Shown piece by piece: positions 10,559 to 21,576 of a stretch of 64,000 nucleotides of DNA. The notes beneath the pieces are model-generated. The model did not search any database and was not told the origin of the DNA. It worked only from the letters and a program-made list of their open reading frames with translations. The position numbers and the translations under genes are program-made. Numbering within the stretch: the stretch's first letter is position 1; every line of letters begins with the position of its first letter. This stretch comes from an uncultured Candidatus Saccharibacteria bacterium (lineage in GTDB: Bacteria > Patescibacteriota > Minisyncoccia > Minisyncoccales > JANBVM01), in assembly GCA_964450805.1 (NCBI GenBank), contig CAYVDD010000001.1:6595-70594 (forward strand), read 5' to 3'.

Positions 10559-11452
10559 TCATTTATTTAATAAATTCAGCTTTTTAAAATGTTCCTTGAG
10601 TTCTTTGGAGAATTCAGGTCGGCAAAGAGCAAATTCTATTACTGTTTTTAAATATTCAAGTTTATTGCCAGTGTCATAGTACTTTCCATTTTTTATTTCA
10701 CAGGCATAAACAGGAACGCCTTGTTTATTTAATTCATTAATAGCTTCTGGCAGCCAGTATTCATTGTCTTTACCAGGTTTTAAATTTTTAATTACGTTGA
10801 AAATTTTTGGAGGAACAATATATGCTCCGTGAGTGGCTAAATTAGAAGGGGCTTTATCAGGCGTTGGTTTTTCAACAATCTTCTTGATTTTAAAAATACC
10901 ATCATCAACCTTTTCTACATCAGCTATTCCATAGCGGGAAAGCTGGTCTTTTGATTCAATCCTAACAGCTGAAATCATAACTCCTGGATATTTTTTATAA
11001 GCCTTAATCATTTGGGCTAATCTGGGAGGATTGGCATTAATAAATTCATCTCCCCAGACAACTGCAAATGGCTGGTTATCAATCACAGGCTCAGCAGCAA
11101 GAACAGGTATGGCATTTCCATAAAGTTTTCCTTTTTGGCGGATATAAATAAAATTAGCAAGCCCAGCAATTTTTTTAATTTCTTTTAATCTACCTTGTTT
11201 GTTTTGTTTTTCCAAATGATTTTCAAGTTCAAGAGACCTGTCAAAGTGGTCTTCAATAGCTCTTTTGTGCCAGCCAGTTACAATAATAATATCCTCTATT
11301 CCTGATTTAACCACCTCTTCTACAACATACTGGATAATCGGTTTATCAACAATAGGCAGCATTTCTTTTGGTAATGCTTTTGTTGCTGGTAAAAATCTTG
11401 TTCCCCAACCAGCAGCTGGGATAACAACTTTTTTAATAATTTTATTTTCCAT
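10559..11452 (-). CDS. galU: UTP--glucose-1-phosphate uridylyltransferase
   Basis: KKVVIPAAGWGTRFLPATKALPKEMLPIVDKPIIQY N-terminal signature. Confidence 0.9.
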   Translation of the reverse strand: MENKIIKKVVIPAAGWGTRFLPATKALPKEMLPIVDKPIIQYVVEEVVKSGIEDIIIVTGWHKRAIEDHFDRSLELENHLEKQNKQGRLKEIKKIAGLANFIYIRQKGKLYGNAIPVLAAEPVIDNQPFAVVWGDEFINANPPRLAQMIKAYKKYPGVMISAVRIESKDQLSRYGIADVEKVDDGIFKIKKIVEKPTPDKAPSNLATHGAYIVPPKIFNVIKNLKPGKDNEYWLPEAINELNKQGVPVYACEIKNGKYYDTGNKLEYLKTVIEFALCRPEFSKELKEHFKKLNLLNK

Positions 11453-12041
11453 ATAAAAAATCTAAATTTTCAGGCATTGTTTTTTTCGCCTTTTCAAGAC
11501 GCAGTTCAGGCACTTTTTTATAATTATTATTCTTTATCCATCCTGTTTTTGTGTAAAAATAGCAAGCTCCTCCTCTTTTCATAATAAGGCTGTAATCACC
11601 TTTGCATTTTTCTGATGACCAGTCTATTGTTATTAAATTTTTAAATGAATCATTAATCATTATATGTCCATATCCAGGAGGAATCACAACATATTCTCCT
11701 TTTTCAGCTTTAACGTAAAATACATCTTCAATTATTCCATCTTTTTCTTTCTGCGATAAAAACAATCCTTTTCCTTCTAAAACAGCATATATTTCTCCAT
11801 ATTCTTTTTTTGTATGATAATGGCCTTTGGTTTTTATATATTCTTCTCCCAACATTCTTGGAGGAACAACTGTAATATGGTTAACAAGCCCGTTTTCTTC
11901 TTTTACTTTTCTATACATATAATAAAGTTCAGCGTTAGGAGCATTTTTAATCCATTCTTTATCATAAGCCACTTGTTTCATGTCGTTTAAATATCGGATG
12001 TCTGGCTTTCTATTTTTGATTAATTGTTTATAATCTTCCAT
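11442..12041 (-). CDS. Cupin-type (archaeal-type) glucose-6-phosphate isomerase
   Basis: Cupin PGI signatures TKGHYHTKKEYGEIY and IPPGYGHIMIN. The size is ~199 aa. Confidence 0.7.
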   Translation of the reverse strand: MEDYKQLIKNRKPDIRYLNDMKQVAYDKEWIKNAPNAELYYMYRKVKEENGLVNHITVVPPRMLGEEYIKTKGHYHTKKEYGEIYAVLEGKGLFLSQKEKDGIIEDVFYVKAEKGEYVVIPPGYGHIMINDSFKNLITIDWSSEKCKGDYSLIMKRGGACYFYTKTGWIKNNNYKKVPELRLEKAKKTMPENLDFLYGK

Positions 12042-14002
12042 ACTCTTCTTGTTTTAATATACCAAGTTGACATATCAGTCAATCTTTTTGAAGGGTCAGT
12101 GATTATTTTTTCATTAATCCCTTTTATTTTATCAGGAACAAGATAAAGATAGTCTGGAGCATATATAAATACAGCAGGCAAATCTTTTATTAAAATATTT
12201 TGAAATTCTTCTAATTTCTGCTTTCTTTCTGTTTCGTCTAATGATTGCCTGTTGCTTTCTAAGAGTTTGTCAGCTTTATCATTTGTATAATTAGCCAGGT
12301 TTAAACCTAATTCTCCTTTCTGAGAAGAATGCCAGAAAGGGAAAGGGTCTGGGATTAAAGATAAAACTTCTCCAAACAAAAGCGATTCAAACTCTCTTTT
12401 TCTGAGAACATCTCTTTCTAAAGTATTAATATCAAAAGTTTCAACTTTAATTTTAGCTCCTAATTCTTTCCATTGATTTTTAATAATCCTGGTGGTTTTT
12501 ATCATTAGCGGTTGGTCAACTGTATAAAGGGAAAATTCTAAAGACATTTTTTCTCCTGGACTTTCAAAACATATTTCATTTAATTTTTCTCTGGTTTTAC
12601 TTTTAACATCACCTGTGCCTTTTTCAAGTCCAAAAGGCGCTAATATTTCTTCTTTGTATTTTTCCTGAAATCTTATAACAGCAGCTTTTGTCTTGCTTCC
12701 AAAATATCCTGATATATTTGCTTCTGGATAGATTTCTTGGTCTTTTGAAAGGCATTTTTGAAGTTCTTTCACTTCAGTTCCCTGGGAACCGACAACAAGA
12801 GTGCTTTTAAAAACAAAGGACGATTCTTTTTTTACTGTTTTTTCTCTTACGCCCTGGTCGGTCATGAAATAGCCGGCTTCTTCTAAAATACCTTTTGCTT
12901 TTTCAAGGTCAAATTCATATATATTTGTTGGTTTTTCAAAATTATAGATATCAGGAAGAATAGGGGAATGAACCTCTTTTGCATAGTCAGAAAAGAGTGT
13001 TTCAATAATTTCTTTTTTGTTTGTTCCATAATTTAAAGCCATTCTTACTTTTTCATCAGAAAGAACTTTTGAGTTCTTTTGATTGAAGAAAACAGCAAAG
13101 TATCTTGGCAGATATAGAGAATAAAGATTTGCATTATCATGTGAGGAGATATCTTCAAAAAAACTGACAGCCAAGCCTTCAACCACTCCTTGTTCGTAAG
13201 CATCTTTTAATTCACTTTCTGTTTCAAAGAATTTGAAAGAAATTTTTGGGATATATGGCCCTTCGTTGCAATAAAGAACATTTTTAATTAAATCCACTGA
13301 TATTATTCTCCCTTCTTTATCTTGGCATAAATCCTGCAGTTTATAGGGTCCAGAACCAATAGGATTAAGATTATTCGGACTAAAGGAAAAGTTCTTAGCA
13401 GAGATATTTTCCCAGATATGTTTTGGTATTATTTTTAAAGTGGCATTTTCCAAGAAAATTGACGAACTATTTTTTAAAATAAAGCGCACAGCTGAATCAG
13501 ATATTTTTTCTGTTTCCACTCCCAGCCAGATTGAACGCAAAGGGCTTTTAATGTCTGGATTTTGAATAATTTCAACTGTAAAAATTATATCGTCAGCAGT
13601 TAATTTATGCTCATCCTGCCAGACTAAATTATCTTTTAAATAAAATTCATAAACTCTTCCTTCGTCAATAATTTGGTAGTTTTTAGCTAAGTCCAGAGCA
13701 AGCTCGCCATTTTTATCATATCTCATCAGGCCAGAAAAAATAAGTTCTGTTAAATCTTTATCTACATCTGAAAGCGGGGCATAAACTGGATTTATGAATC
13801 TGGGAAAACCCAATGCTCCTTCAATATAAGAACCGCCTAGAGCTGGTGCAATTTTTGTCTGGTCAAGATAAAAACTAGTTGATAGATATAGAAACGAAAA
13901 AAAGAATAAAGAGCCTAAAAAAATAAAAACCTTTCTTTCTCCCTTGCTTAAGATTTTGAAAAATTGACGCCATTGGTTTTTTGATGGCCATTTATAATTC
14001 AT
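12020..14002 (-). CDS. Family-5 (OppA-like) solute-binding protein with embedded peptidoglycan-binding-like domain
   Basis: N-terminal TM/signal anchor and SBP_bac_5-like body. An insert GSQGTEVKELQKCLSKD...GYFGSKTKAAVIRFQEKY resembles PG_binding_1. Confidence 0.65.
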   Translation of the reverse strand: MNYKWPSKNQWRQFFKILSKGERKVFIFLGSLFFFSFLYLSTSFYLDQTKIAPALGGSYIEGALGFPRFINPVYAPLSDVDKDLTELIFSGLMRYDKNGELALDLAKNYQIIDEGRVYEFYLKDNLVWQDEHKLTADDIIFTVEIIQNPDIKSPLRSIWLGVETEKISDSAVRFILKNSSSIFLENATLKIIPKHIWENISAKNFSFSPNNLNPIGSGPYKLQDLCQDKEGRIISVDLIKNVLYCNEGPYIPKISFKFFETESELKDAYEQGVVEGLAVSFFEDISSHDNANLYSLYLPRYFAVFFNQKNSKVLSDEKVRMALNYGTNKKEIIETLFSDYAKEVHSPILPDIYNFEKPTNIYEFDLEKAKGILEEAGYFMTDQGVREKTVKKESSFVFKSTLVVGSQGTEVKELQKCLSKDQEIYPEANISGYFGSKTKAAVIRFQEKYKEEILAPFGLEKGTGDVKSKTREKLNEICFESPGEKMSLEFSLYTVDQPLMIKTTRIIKNQWKELGAKIKVETFDINTLERDVLRKREFESLLFGEVLSLIPDPFPFWHSSQKGELGLNLANYTNDKADKLLESNRQSLDETERKQKLEEFQNILIKDLPAVFIYAPDYLYLVPDKIKGINEKIITDPSKRLTDMSTWYIKTRRVWKIINN

Positions 14003-14038
14003 AGTTAATTAGTTTTTTTATAGCTTTTAAGAAATTAA

Positions 14039-14257
14039 TTAACCTAATGCGAGATTTAATAAAGCTAAGACTATAAAGATTATTGCTAAAACTACCGTTG
14101 CCCAAAATATCTTTTTTTCTGCGCCCCTTCTTGATACGTGAAATTCTCCACTTCCTCCAAAAGTAGAACCCAAAGAACTGCCTCTTTGCTGCAAGAGAAT
14201 GAAAATAATTAAAAGCACAGCTGTTATGCTCTGACCAATGATTAGATATTGTTTCAT
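14039..14257 (-). CDS. secG: Preprotein translocase subunit SecG
   Basis: The internal start MKQYLIIGQSITAVLLIIFILLQQRGSSLGSTFGG... is a typical SecG. The tracked upstream extension is unlikely. Confidence 0.8.
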   Translation of the reverse strand: MKQYLIIGQSITAVLLIIFILLQQRGSSLGSTFGGSGEFHVSRRGAEKKIFWATVVLAIIFIVLALLNLALG

Positions 14258-14652
14258 TTTTTTAATCCTAAGAAAAGACTTGTAGCCCAGACAATTACTG
14301 TTGTAAAAAATAATGGCATAAGACCAGTAATAGTAAGTTCTAAAAATAGAATATCTAGGAACCAAATAATAGCTATATTTAATAATATTGAGAAAAGACC
14401 TAAAGTCAAGAGCTTTAAAGGAATGGTAATTAAATCAAGAATCGGCTTAATGAAGAAATTGATGATTCCTAAAATACCTCCTATTACAACAAGGATGTGC
14501 CAGTATTGAGTAAGAGTTATGCCTAAAAAACTGCTTTCAGGCAAAATTTCTAGAGCTACGCCAGTAATAAATCTGTTTGCTAAAAATAATGACAATATGC
14601 CGGCAACAATGTGACAAAATAGCTTTCCTAACATAATATTTCTATTATACAC
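14254..14652 (-). CDS. DUF360 / phage-holin-4-2 family membrane protein
   Basis: Four TM helices and the motif FIKPILDLITIPLKLLTLGLFSILLNIAIIWFL, typical of this family. Confidence 0.6.
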   Translation of the reverse strand: MYNRNIMLGKLFCHIVAGILSLFLANRFITGVALEILPESSFLGITLTQYWHILVVIGGILGIINFFIKPILDLITIPLKLLTLGLFSILLNIAIIWFLDILFLELTITGLMPLFFTTVIVWATSLFLGLKK

Positions 14653-14697
14653 CTTAATTTTTGCAAAGCAAGGTTATTCTTCACTTATAGAGGTCTC

Positions 14698-14726
14698 TTG
14701 ACAAGAAACAAGCTCTTGATTAAGAT
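14698..14726 (+). promoter_or_regulatory. Sigma-70-type promoter of groES-groEL
   Basis: TTGACA (14698-14703), a 17 nt spacer, then TAAGAT (14721-14726). Confidence 0.55.
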
Positions 14727-14736
14727 TAGAAGGTAA

Positions 14737-14763
14737 TTAGCACTCAAAGGTCTAGCCTGCTAA
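14737..14763 (+). promoter_or_regulatory. CIRCE-like operator (degenerate right arm)
   Basis: TTAGCACTC-N9-GCCTGCTAA compared with the CIRCE consensus TTAGCACTC-N9-GAGTGCTAA. It lies between the promoter and groES. Confidence 0.55.
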
Positions 14764-14789
14764 AAAGTAAAGAATATAATAATATAATT

Positions 14790-15080
14790 ATGAACATAAA
14801 ACCATTATCAGATTATATTTTAATCGAACCAATAAAAGAAGAAGAAAAAACAAAGTCTGGTATTTTACTGCCAGAAACAGCTGATAAAGAAAGGCCTGAG
14901 CAAGGCAAGGTTATTGCTGTTGGCCCAGGTAAAAGAACTTCAGCTGATAAAATAATTCCTATGGATATAAAAGTTGGACAAAAAGTTTTATTTACAAAAT
15001 ACGGTCCAAGCGAAATTAAGGTCGATGAAAAAGAATATCTCATTGCCAAGCAAGAAGATATTTTAGCAGTTATAGAATAA
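14790..15080 (+). CDS. groES: Co-chaperonin GroES
   Basis: MNIKPL.DYILIEP...SGILLP......G.VIAVGPG pattern, immediately upstream of groEL. Confidence 0.95.
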   Translation: MNIKPLSDYILIEPIKEEEKTKSGILLPETADKERPEQGKVIAVGPGKRTSADKIIPMDIKVGQKVLFTKYGPSEIKVDEKEYLIAKQEDILAVIE

Positions 15081-15089
15081 ATTTTTTAA

Positions 15090-16781
<1,692 letters not shown>

Positions 16782-16807
16782 ATGCTAAGAGATTTTGAAC
16801 TTACTGT

Positions 16808-16840
16808 CTTGCCACCAGCAATAAACTGGTGGCAAGCTTT
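16808..16840 (+). terminator. groEL terminator hairpin
   Basis: cttgccaccag-caataaa-ctggtggcaag followed by cttt. Confidence 0.55.
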
Positions 16841-16901
16841 AGTTAAACTTAAAATTAAGCTATAATTAATATTAGTCGAAATAAATTATAAATAAAAAAC
16901 T

Positions 16902-17453
16902 ATGATTCCAAATATTGTATTAGTTGTACCAGCTTTAATTGCTTTATGGATAATTCTTACTTACAACAGTCTGGTTAAGTTTAAAAATAGAGCTGAAGAA
17001 GCATGGGCTGATATAGATGTTCAATTAAAAAGAAGATACAACTTAATTCCTAATTTAATTGAAACAGTTAAAGGATATGCTTCTCATGAAAGGCAGATTT
17101 TTGAAAGAATTGCTGATGCAAGAGCTAAAGCAATGGGAGCTAAGGATGTAAAAGAAAGGGGACAAGCAGAAAACGCTCTTTCTCAAACATTGAAAAGCCT
17201 TTTTGCTGTTTCAGAAAACTATCCAGACTTAAAAGCATCTGCTAATTTCTTGGAACTTCAAAGAGAGCTTCGTGATACTGAAGATAAGATTCAGGCATCC
17301 AGAAGATTCTATAATGGTAATGTAAGAGATTTAAATATTAAACTGGAGAGTTTTCCTGTAAATCTAATTGTTAGTCTTTTAGGATTTAAGAAAATGGATC
17401 TTTTTGAATTAGCAGAGCCAGAAAAAAGAGAAGCTCCACAAGTAAAATTCTAA
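16902..17453 (+). CDS. lemA: LemA family protein
   Basis: N-terminal TM helix, YNSLVKFKNRAEEAWADIDVQLKRRYNLIPNLIETVKGY. Confidence 0.85.
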   Translation: MIPNIVLVVPALIALWIILTYNSLVKFKNRAEEAWADIDVQLKRRYNLIPNLIETVKGYASHERQIFERIADARAKAMGAKDVKERGQAENALSQTLKSLFAVSENYPDLKASANFLELQRELRDTEDKIQASRRFYNGNVRDLNIKLESFPVNLIVSLLGFKKMDLFELAEPEKREAPQVKF

Positions 17454-17460
17454 TTAATGT

Positions 17461-18354
17461 ATGGCTACATTATATACTCAGGCGGATTCTAATATTCGCA
17501 AGACTTGGATTTTATTAACCTTGTTTTTAGTTTTAATCATTGGATTGGGCTGGTTTTTTAGTTATTTATTAGAAAATAATGTTTTTTTAATTATTGCTGT
17601 AATTTTAAGCATTGTTCAGAGTATTGCTAGTTTCTGGTTTTCTGACAAAATTGTTTTAGCAATGACTGGTGCTAAAGAAATTCAAAAAAAAGACAATCCA
17701 GAACTTTACAGAATTGTTGAGAATTTAGCTATTACTGCAGGATTACCAACACCGAAAGTCTTTATAATTAATTCAGCTCAACCCAACGCTTTTGCAACAG
17801 GGAGAGATGAAAAACATGCTGTTGTTGCTGTGACCAAAGGATTACTAAATAAATTAGAAAGAGCTGAACTTGAAGGAGTAATTGCACATGAGCTTTCTCA
17901 TATTGGGAATAAAGACATGCTTTTAGGAACAGTGGTTGTGGTTTTGGTTGGAGTGGTAGCGCTTTTATCAAGAATGTTTTTAAGAATTAGTTTTCATTCA
18001 GGAGGTAGAAGAAAAAAAGATAAGGATGGTTCAGCAGGCATAATAATGGTTTTAGGATTAATTGGGGCAATTTTGGCGCCCATTGTTGCCACTTTAATAC
18101 AATTGGCAATATCAAGAAAAAGAGAATTTTTAGCTGATGCAACAGGAGCACTTTTGACAAGACATCCAGAAGGGCTAGCTAGGGCTTTGGAAAAGATATC
18201 TAGTGACAGAGCACCTCTTAAAACAGCCGACAATTCTATTGCTCATTTATATATATGTAATCCTTTTAAAGAAAAGAATTGGTTAACAGGATTATTTTCA
18301 ACTCATCCTCCAATAAGGGAAAGGTTAAAAGCTTTAAGAGGGATGAAAATTTGA
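17461..18354 (+). CDS. htpX: M48 zinc metalloprotease HtpX
   Basis: HELSHIGNKD (HExxH), TM helices, a downstream REFLAD, and the conserved lemA-htpX pairing. Confidence 0.85.
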   Translation: MATLYTQADSNIRKTWILLTLFLVLIIGLGWFFSYLLENNVFLIIAVILSIVQSIASFWFSDKIVLAMTGAKEIQKKDNPELYRIVENLAITAGLPTPKVFIINSAQPNAFATGRDEKHAVVAVTKGLLNKLERAELEGVIAHELSHIGNKDMLLGTVVVVLVGVVALLSRMFLRISFHSGGRRKKDKDGSAGIIMVLGLIGAILAPIVATLIQLAISRKREFLADATGALLTRHPEGLARALEKISSDRAPLKTADNSIAHLYICNPFKEKNWLTGLFSTHPPIRERLKALRGMKI

Positions 18355-18387
18355 AAATTTAAAATAAAATGATAGGCTTTTAAGTAG

Positions 18388-18472
18388 GGAGAGGTGCGCC
18401 GAATGGCTAAGGCACTTGCTTGGAAAGCAAGGACCCCTTTGGGGTTTGCAGGTTCGAGTCCTGTCCTCTCCG
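18388..18472 (+). tRNA. tRNA-Ser (anticodon GGA)
   Basis: Hand-folded: acceptor GGAGAGG/CCTCTCC, anticodon stem CTTGC/GCAAG with loop TTGGAAA, a long variable arm, and T-loop TTCGAGT. Confidence 0.85.
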
Positions 18473-18515
18473 CTAGTTGAAAAATAATTTGTTAATTTCT
18501 AAAAAACAATAATTT

Positions 18516-20240
18516 ATGCTTTCTTCTCCAATTGAAGAAATAAAATCAAAGCTTGATATAGTTGAAGTTATTGGTAGTTATATTAAGTTAATAAAAGCAG
18601 GTGCGAATTATAAGGCGCTTTGTCCTTTTCATGGTGAAAAAACACCTTCACTTTTTGTTTCTCCTTCAAGGCAGATGTGGCATTGTTTTGGCTGCAGTGA
18701 AGGTCATAGTATTTTTGATTTTGTAATGAAAATAGAAGGTGTAGAATTTGGTGATGCTCTGCGCATTTTAGCACATAAAGCTGGAGTAGAATTAAAACCA
18801 ATTAAACCAGAACTGCGGACAAAAAGGCAAAGATTTTACGAAATCTGTGAATTAGCCACTAAGTTCTACGAAAAACAGCTTGAAAAAAGTTCAAAAGGAA
18901 AAAAAGTCAAAGAATATCTTTTCCAAAGAGGAATAAACGAAGAATCAATTAAGGAATGGAGGTTGGGCTGGGCTCCAGATGCTTGGAGGGGTTTAGCAGG
19001 ATTCTTGAGTTCACAAAACTATTCTCTGGAAGAAATACAGAAAGCAGGGCTATCAATAAAAGGAGAAAAAGGTTCTTATGACAGGTTTAGATCTAGAATT
19101 ATGTTTCCTATTTTTGATTTAAATTCTCAGGTAATTGGTTTTGGAGGAAGGGTGCTTAAAAAAGAAAAAGAACTTGCTAAATACATGAATACACCCAACA
19201 CTCTTTTGTATGATAAAGGCAGGATTCTTTATGGTTTGAATAAATCAAAAATAGAAATAAGGAAAAATGATTTTTGTATATTAGTAGAAGGATATGTTGA
19301 TGTTATTCTGGCTCATCAAGAAGGAAAAGCAAATGTAGTTGCAACTGCTGGTACTGCTTTAACTCCCTTTCAATTAGCTATTTTAAAAAGATATTCCAGT
19401 AATTTAATGCTGGCTTTTGATATGGACTTTGCAGGAGATGCTGCAACAAAAAGAGGAATAGATTTAGCTCGGGCTAGAGGTTTTAACATAAAAGTAATAA
19501 AAATGCCCCAGAACAAAGATCCAGCTGATATAATCTCAGAAGATGCCAAAGAGTTTGAAAAATTAATTAATAATTCTGTTTCTATTTTGGATTTTCATTT
19601 TCAAAATGCTTTTTCTCAATTTGATAAAAAAACTGCTGAAGGCAAGAGAAAGATTTCTGATGCTCTTTTACCTGTGATTAAAGGGGTTCTTAATAAAATT
19701 GAACAGGCCTCCTGGGTTCAAGAACTAGCATCAAGACTCAATGTAAAAGAAAAGGATATAGAAGTAGAATTAAATAAAGTAAAAATTAAAGAGATTTCTG
19801 AGCCAGGTTTTAAAACCAATAATTTTCAGAAGCAAACCAATAAAAAAACAAAAAAACAAGCTATTGAAGAAAGATTGTTAACCTTACTTTTTAAATCTCC
19901 ACAGCATTTAAGTGTTGTGGATAAAGAAGTAATTCCTTACTTTTCTTCTCAAACTCAGGAAATTATAAATAATTTTAAGAATCTTGATAAGATTTCTGCT
20001 GAGCTCTCTGATATTATTAACTCTCTTTCTTTAAAAGCAGAAATAGAGCAGATTGAAGAAGAAGAGGTTTTATCTGAACTTGAATTCTGTTTAAAAGAGA
20101 TAAAATCCCTTGAGCTTAAGAAAAAGCTTGATGATATTTCTCTTCAAATAAGACAAGCTGAACAAGAGCAGGATATTAAAAAAATAGAAAACCTTAGTCA
20201 GAGATTTAATCAGTTAACAAAAAAAATAATGACTAATTAA
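18516..20240 (+). CDS. dnaG: DNA primase
   Basis: Zinc finger [15 protein letters not shown]....WHCFGC and TOPRIM region LVEGYVDVI...[10 protein letters not shown]. Confidence 0.9.
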   Translation: MLSSPIEEIKSKLDIVEVIGSYIKLIKAGANYKALCPFHGEKTPSLFVSPSRQMWHCFGCSEGHSIFDFVMKIEGVEFGDALRILAHKAGVELKPIKPELRTKRQRFYEICELATKFYEKQLEKSSKGKKVKEYLFQRGINEESIKEWRLGWAPDAWRGLAGFLSSQNYSLEEIQKAGLSIKGEKGSYDRFRSRIMFPIFDLNSQVIGFGGRVLKKEKELAKYMNTPNTLLYDKGRILYGLNKSKIEIRKNDFCILVEGYVDVILAHQEGKANVVATAGTALTPFQLAILKRYSSNLMLAFDMDFAGDAATKRGIDLARARGFNIKVIKMPQNKDPADIISEDAKEFEKLINNSVSILDFHFQNAFSQFDKKTAEGKRKISDALLPVIKGVLNKIEQASWVQELASRLNVKEKDIEVELNKVKIKEISEPGFKTNNFQKQTNKKTKKQAIEERLLTLLFKSPQHLSVVDKEVIPYFSSQTQEIINNFKNLDKISAELSDIINSLSLKAEIEQIEEEEVLSELEFCLKEIKSLELKKKLDDISLQIRQAEQEQDIKKIENLSQRFNQLTKKIMTN

Positions 20241-20244
20241 TTTT

Positions 20245-21459
20245 ATGCCAAGAAAAAAAACAAAGAAGAAAAGACAGAAAAAAACAAAGGCAGTAAAGAA
20301 AGCGAAGAGGGTTAAGTCGAAAAAAAGACCTGTTAAATTGAAAAGAAAAAAGAAAACTGCGAAAAAAAGAAAAACCAGAAAGAAAAAAGTTGCCAAAACT
20401 AGTCGTTACAAAAAGATTTTTACTCAAGAAAAAACTGAAGCATTGATTAAAAAAGCCAAAGAAAGAAATTTTATTACAACCTCTGAAATTCTTTACGCTT
20501 TTCCTAATTTTGAAAAAGATATTAGAGGTTTAGAAGCGTTTTATGACCAATTAGAAAGAAATGGGATTGAAATAAAAGAAGTAAAAGAACTTTTGATATC
20601 CAAGGCAACTAAAGCAGGCGTAAAAAGAAGAAAAATAGATCCTGTTCAAATGTATTTGAAAGAAATTGGACGGGTTGATTTTTTGACTGCTGAGCAAGAA
20701 AAAGAACTTGCAAAAAAAATTGAAAAAGGAGATATGGAGGCAAAGAAACATTTAGCAAGAGCTAATTTAAGGTTGGTTGTTTCAATTGCTAAAAGATATA
20801 TCGGCAGGTCTCCCAATCTGACTATTTTAGATTTGATTCAGGAAGGAAATTTAGGACTTTTCAGGGCAGTTGAAAAATTTGATTGGAGAAAAGGTTATAA
20901 GTTTTCAACCTATGCTACTTGGTGGATAAGGCAGGCAATTAGCCGGGCTTTAGCTGACCAGTCAAGAACAATTAGAATTCCAGTTCATATGGTTGAGACT
21001 CTTTCAAAGTATAATAAGGTAAGAAGAAGGCTTTTAAAAAACTTAGGAAGACCTCCTTTAGCTGAGGAGATTTCTGCTGAAATGGGAATTGAAGTTGAAA
21101 AAGTGCATCACTTAATGAAGATTTCTCAGCGCACAGTGTCTTTAGAAACTCCTGTGGGTGATGATGAGGATGATTCAATTTTAGCTGAGTTTATTAAAGA
21201 TGAGAAATCCATTCCTCCTTCTTTGGATGCAGCCAGACTTTTACTGAGAGAAAGATTAGGAGAGATTTTAGTTGATTTGACTGAAAGAGAACAGAGGATT
21301 TTATCAATGAGATTTGGTTTGGAGGATGGTATTACCCATACTTTAGAAGAAGTTGGTAAAGAGTTTGGGGTAACTCGTGAAAGAATACGTCAGATTGAAG
21401 CTAAAGCATTAGAGAAAATTAGAGAACATCAAAATTTAAAGAAATTAAAAGGATATTAA
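20245..21459 (+). CDS. rpoD: RNA polymerase sigma-70 factor RpoD with Lys-rich N-terminal extension
   Basis: Region 2 ([37 protein letters not shown]) and region 4 ([24 protein letters not shown]). Confidence 0.95.
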   Translation: MPRKKTKKKRQKKTKAVKKAKRVKSKKRPVKLKRKKKTAKKRKTRKKKVAKTSRYKKIFTQEKTEALIKKAKERNFITTSEILYAFPNFEKDIRGLEAFYDQLERNGIEIKEVKELLISKATKAGVKRRKIDPVQMYLKEIGRVDFLTAEQEKELAKKIEKGDMEAKKHLARANLRLVVSIAKRYIGRSPNLTILDLIQEGNLGLFRAVEKFDWRKGYKFSTYATWWIRQAISRALADQSRTIRIPVHMVETLSKYNKVRRRLLKNLGRPPLAEEISAEMGIEVEKVHHLMKISQRTVSLETPVGDDEDDSILAEFIKDEKSIPPSLDAARLLLRERLGEILVDLTEREQRILSMRFGLEDGITHTLEEVGKEFGVTRERIRQIEAKALEKIREHQNLKKLKGY

Positions 21460-21504
21460 AAAACTTCACAAATTTAAGATTTTAGATTATATTAATATAT
21501 ATCA

Positions 21505-21576
21505 TCCGGCGTAGCTCAATGGTAGAGCAAATGCCTGTTAAGCATTGGGTTGTAGGTTCGAGTCCTACCGCCGGAG
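21505..21576 (+). tRNA. tRNA-Asn (anticodon GTT)
   Basis: Hand-folded: acceptor TCCGGCG/CGCCGGA, anticodon stem AATGC/GCATT with loop CTGTTAA, and T-arm GTAGG-TTCGAGT-CCTAC. Confidence 0.9.

Noticed and set aside
20214-20427. Phe-rich minus-strand ORFs at the dnaG/rpoD junction
   Set aside because: They are the mirror image of the AAG/AAA-rich Lys tract of rpoD and show no independent signals.
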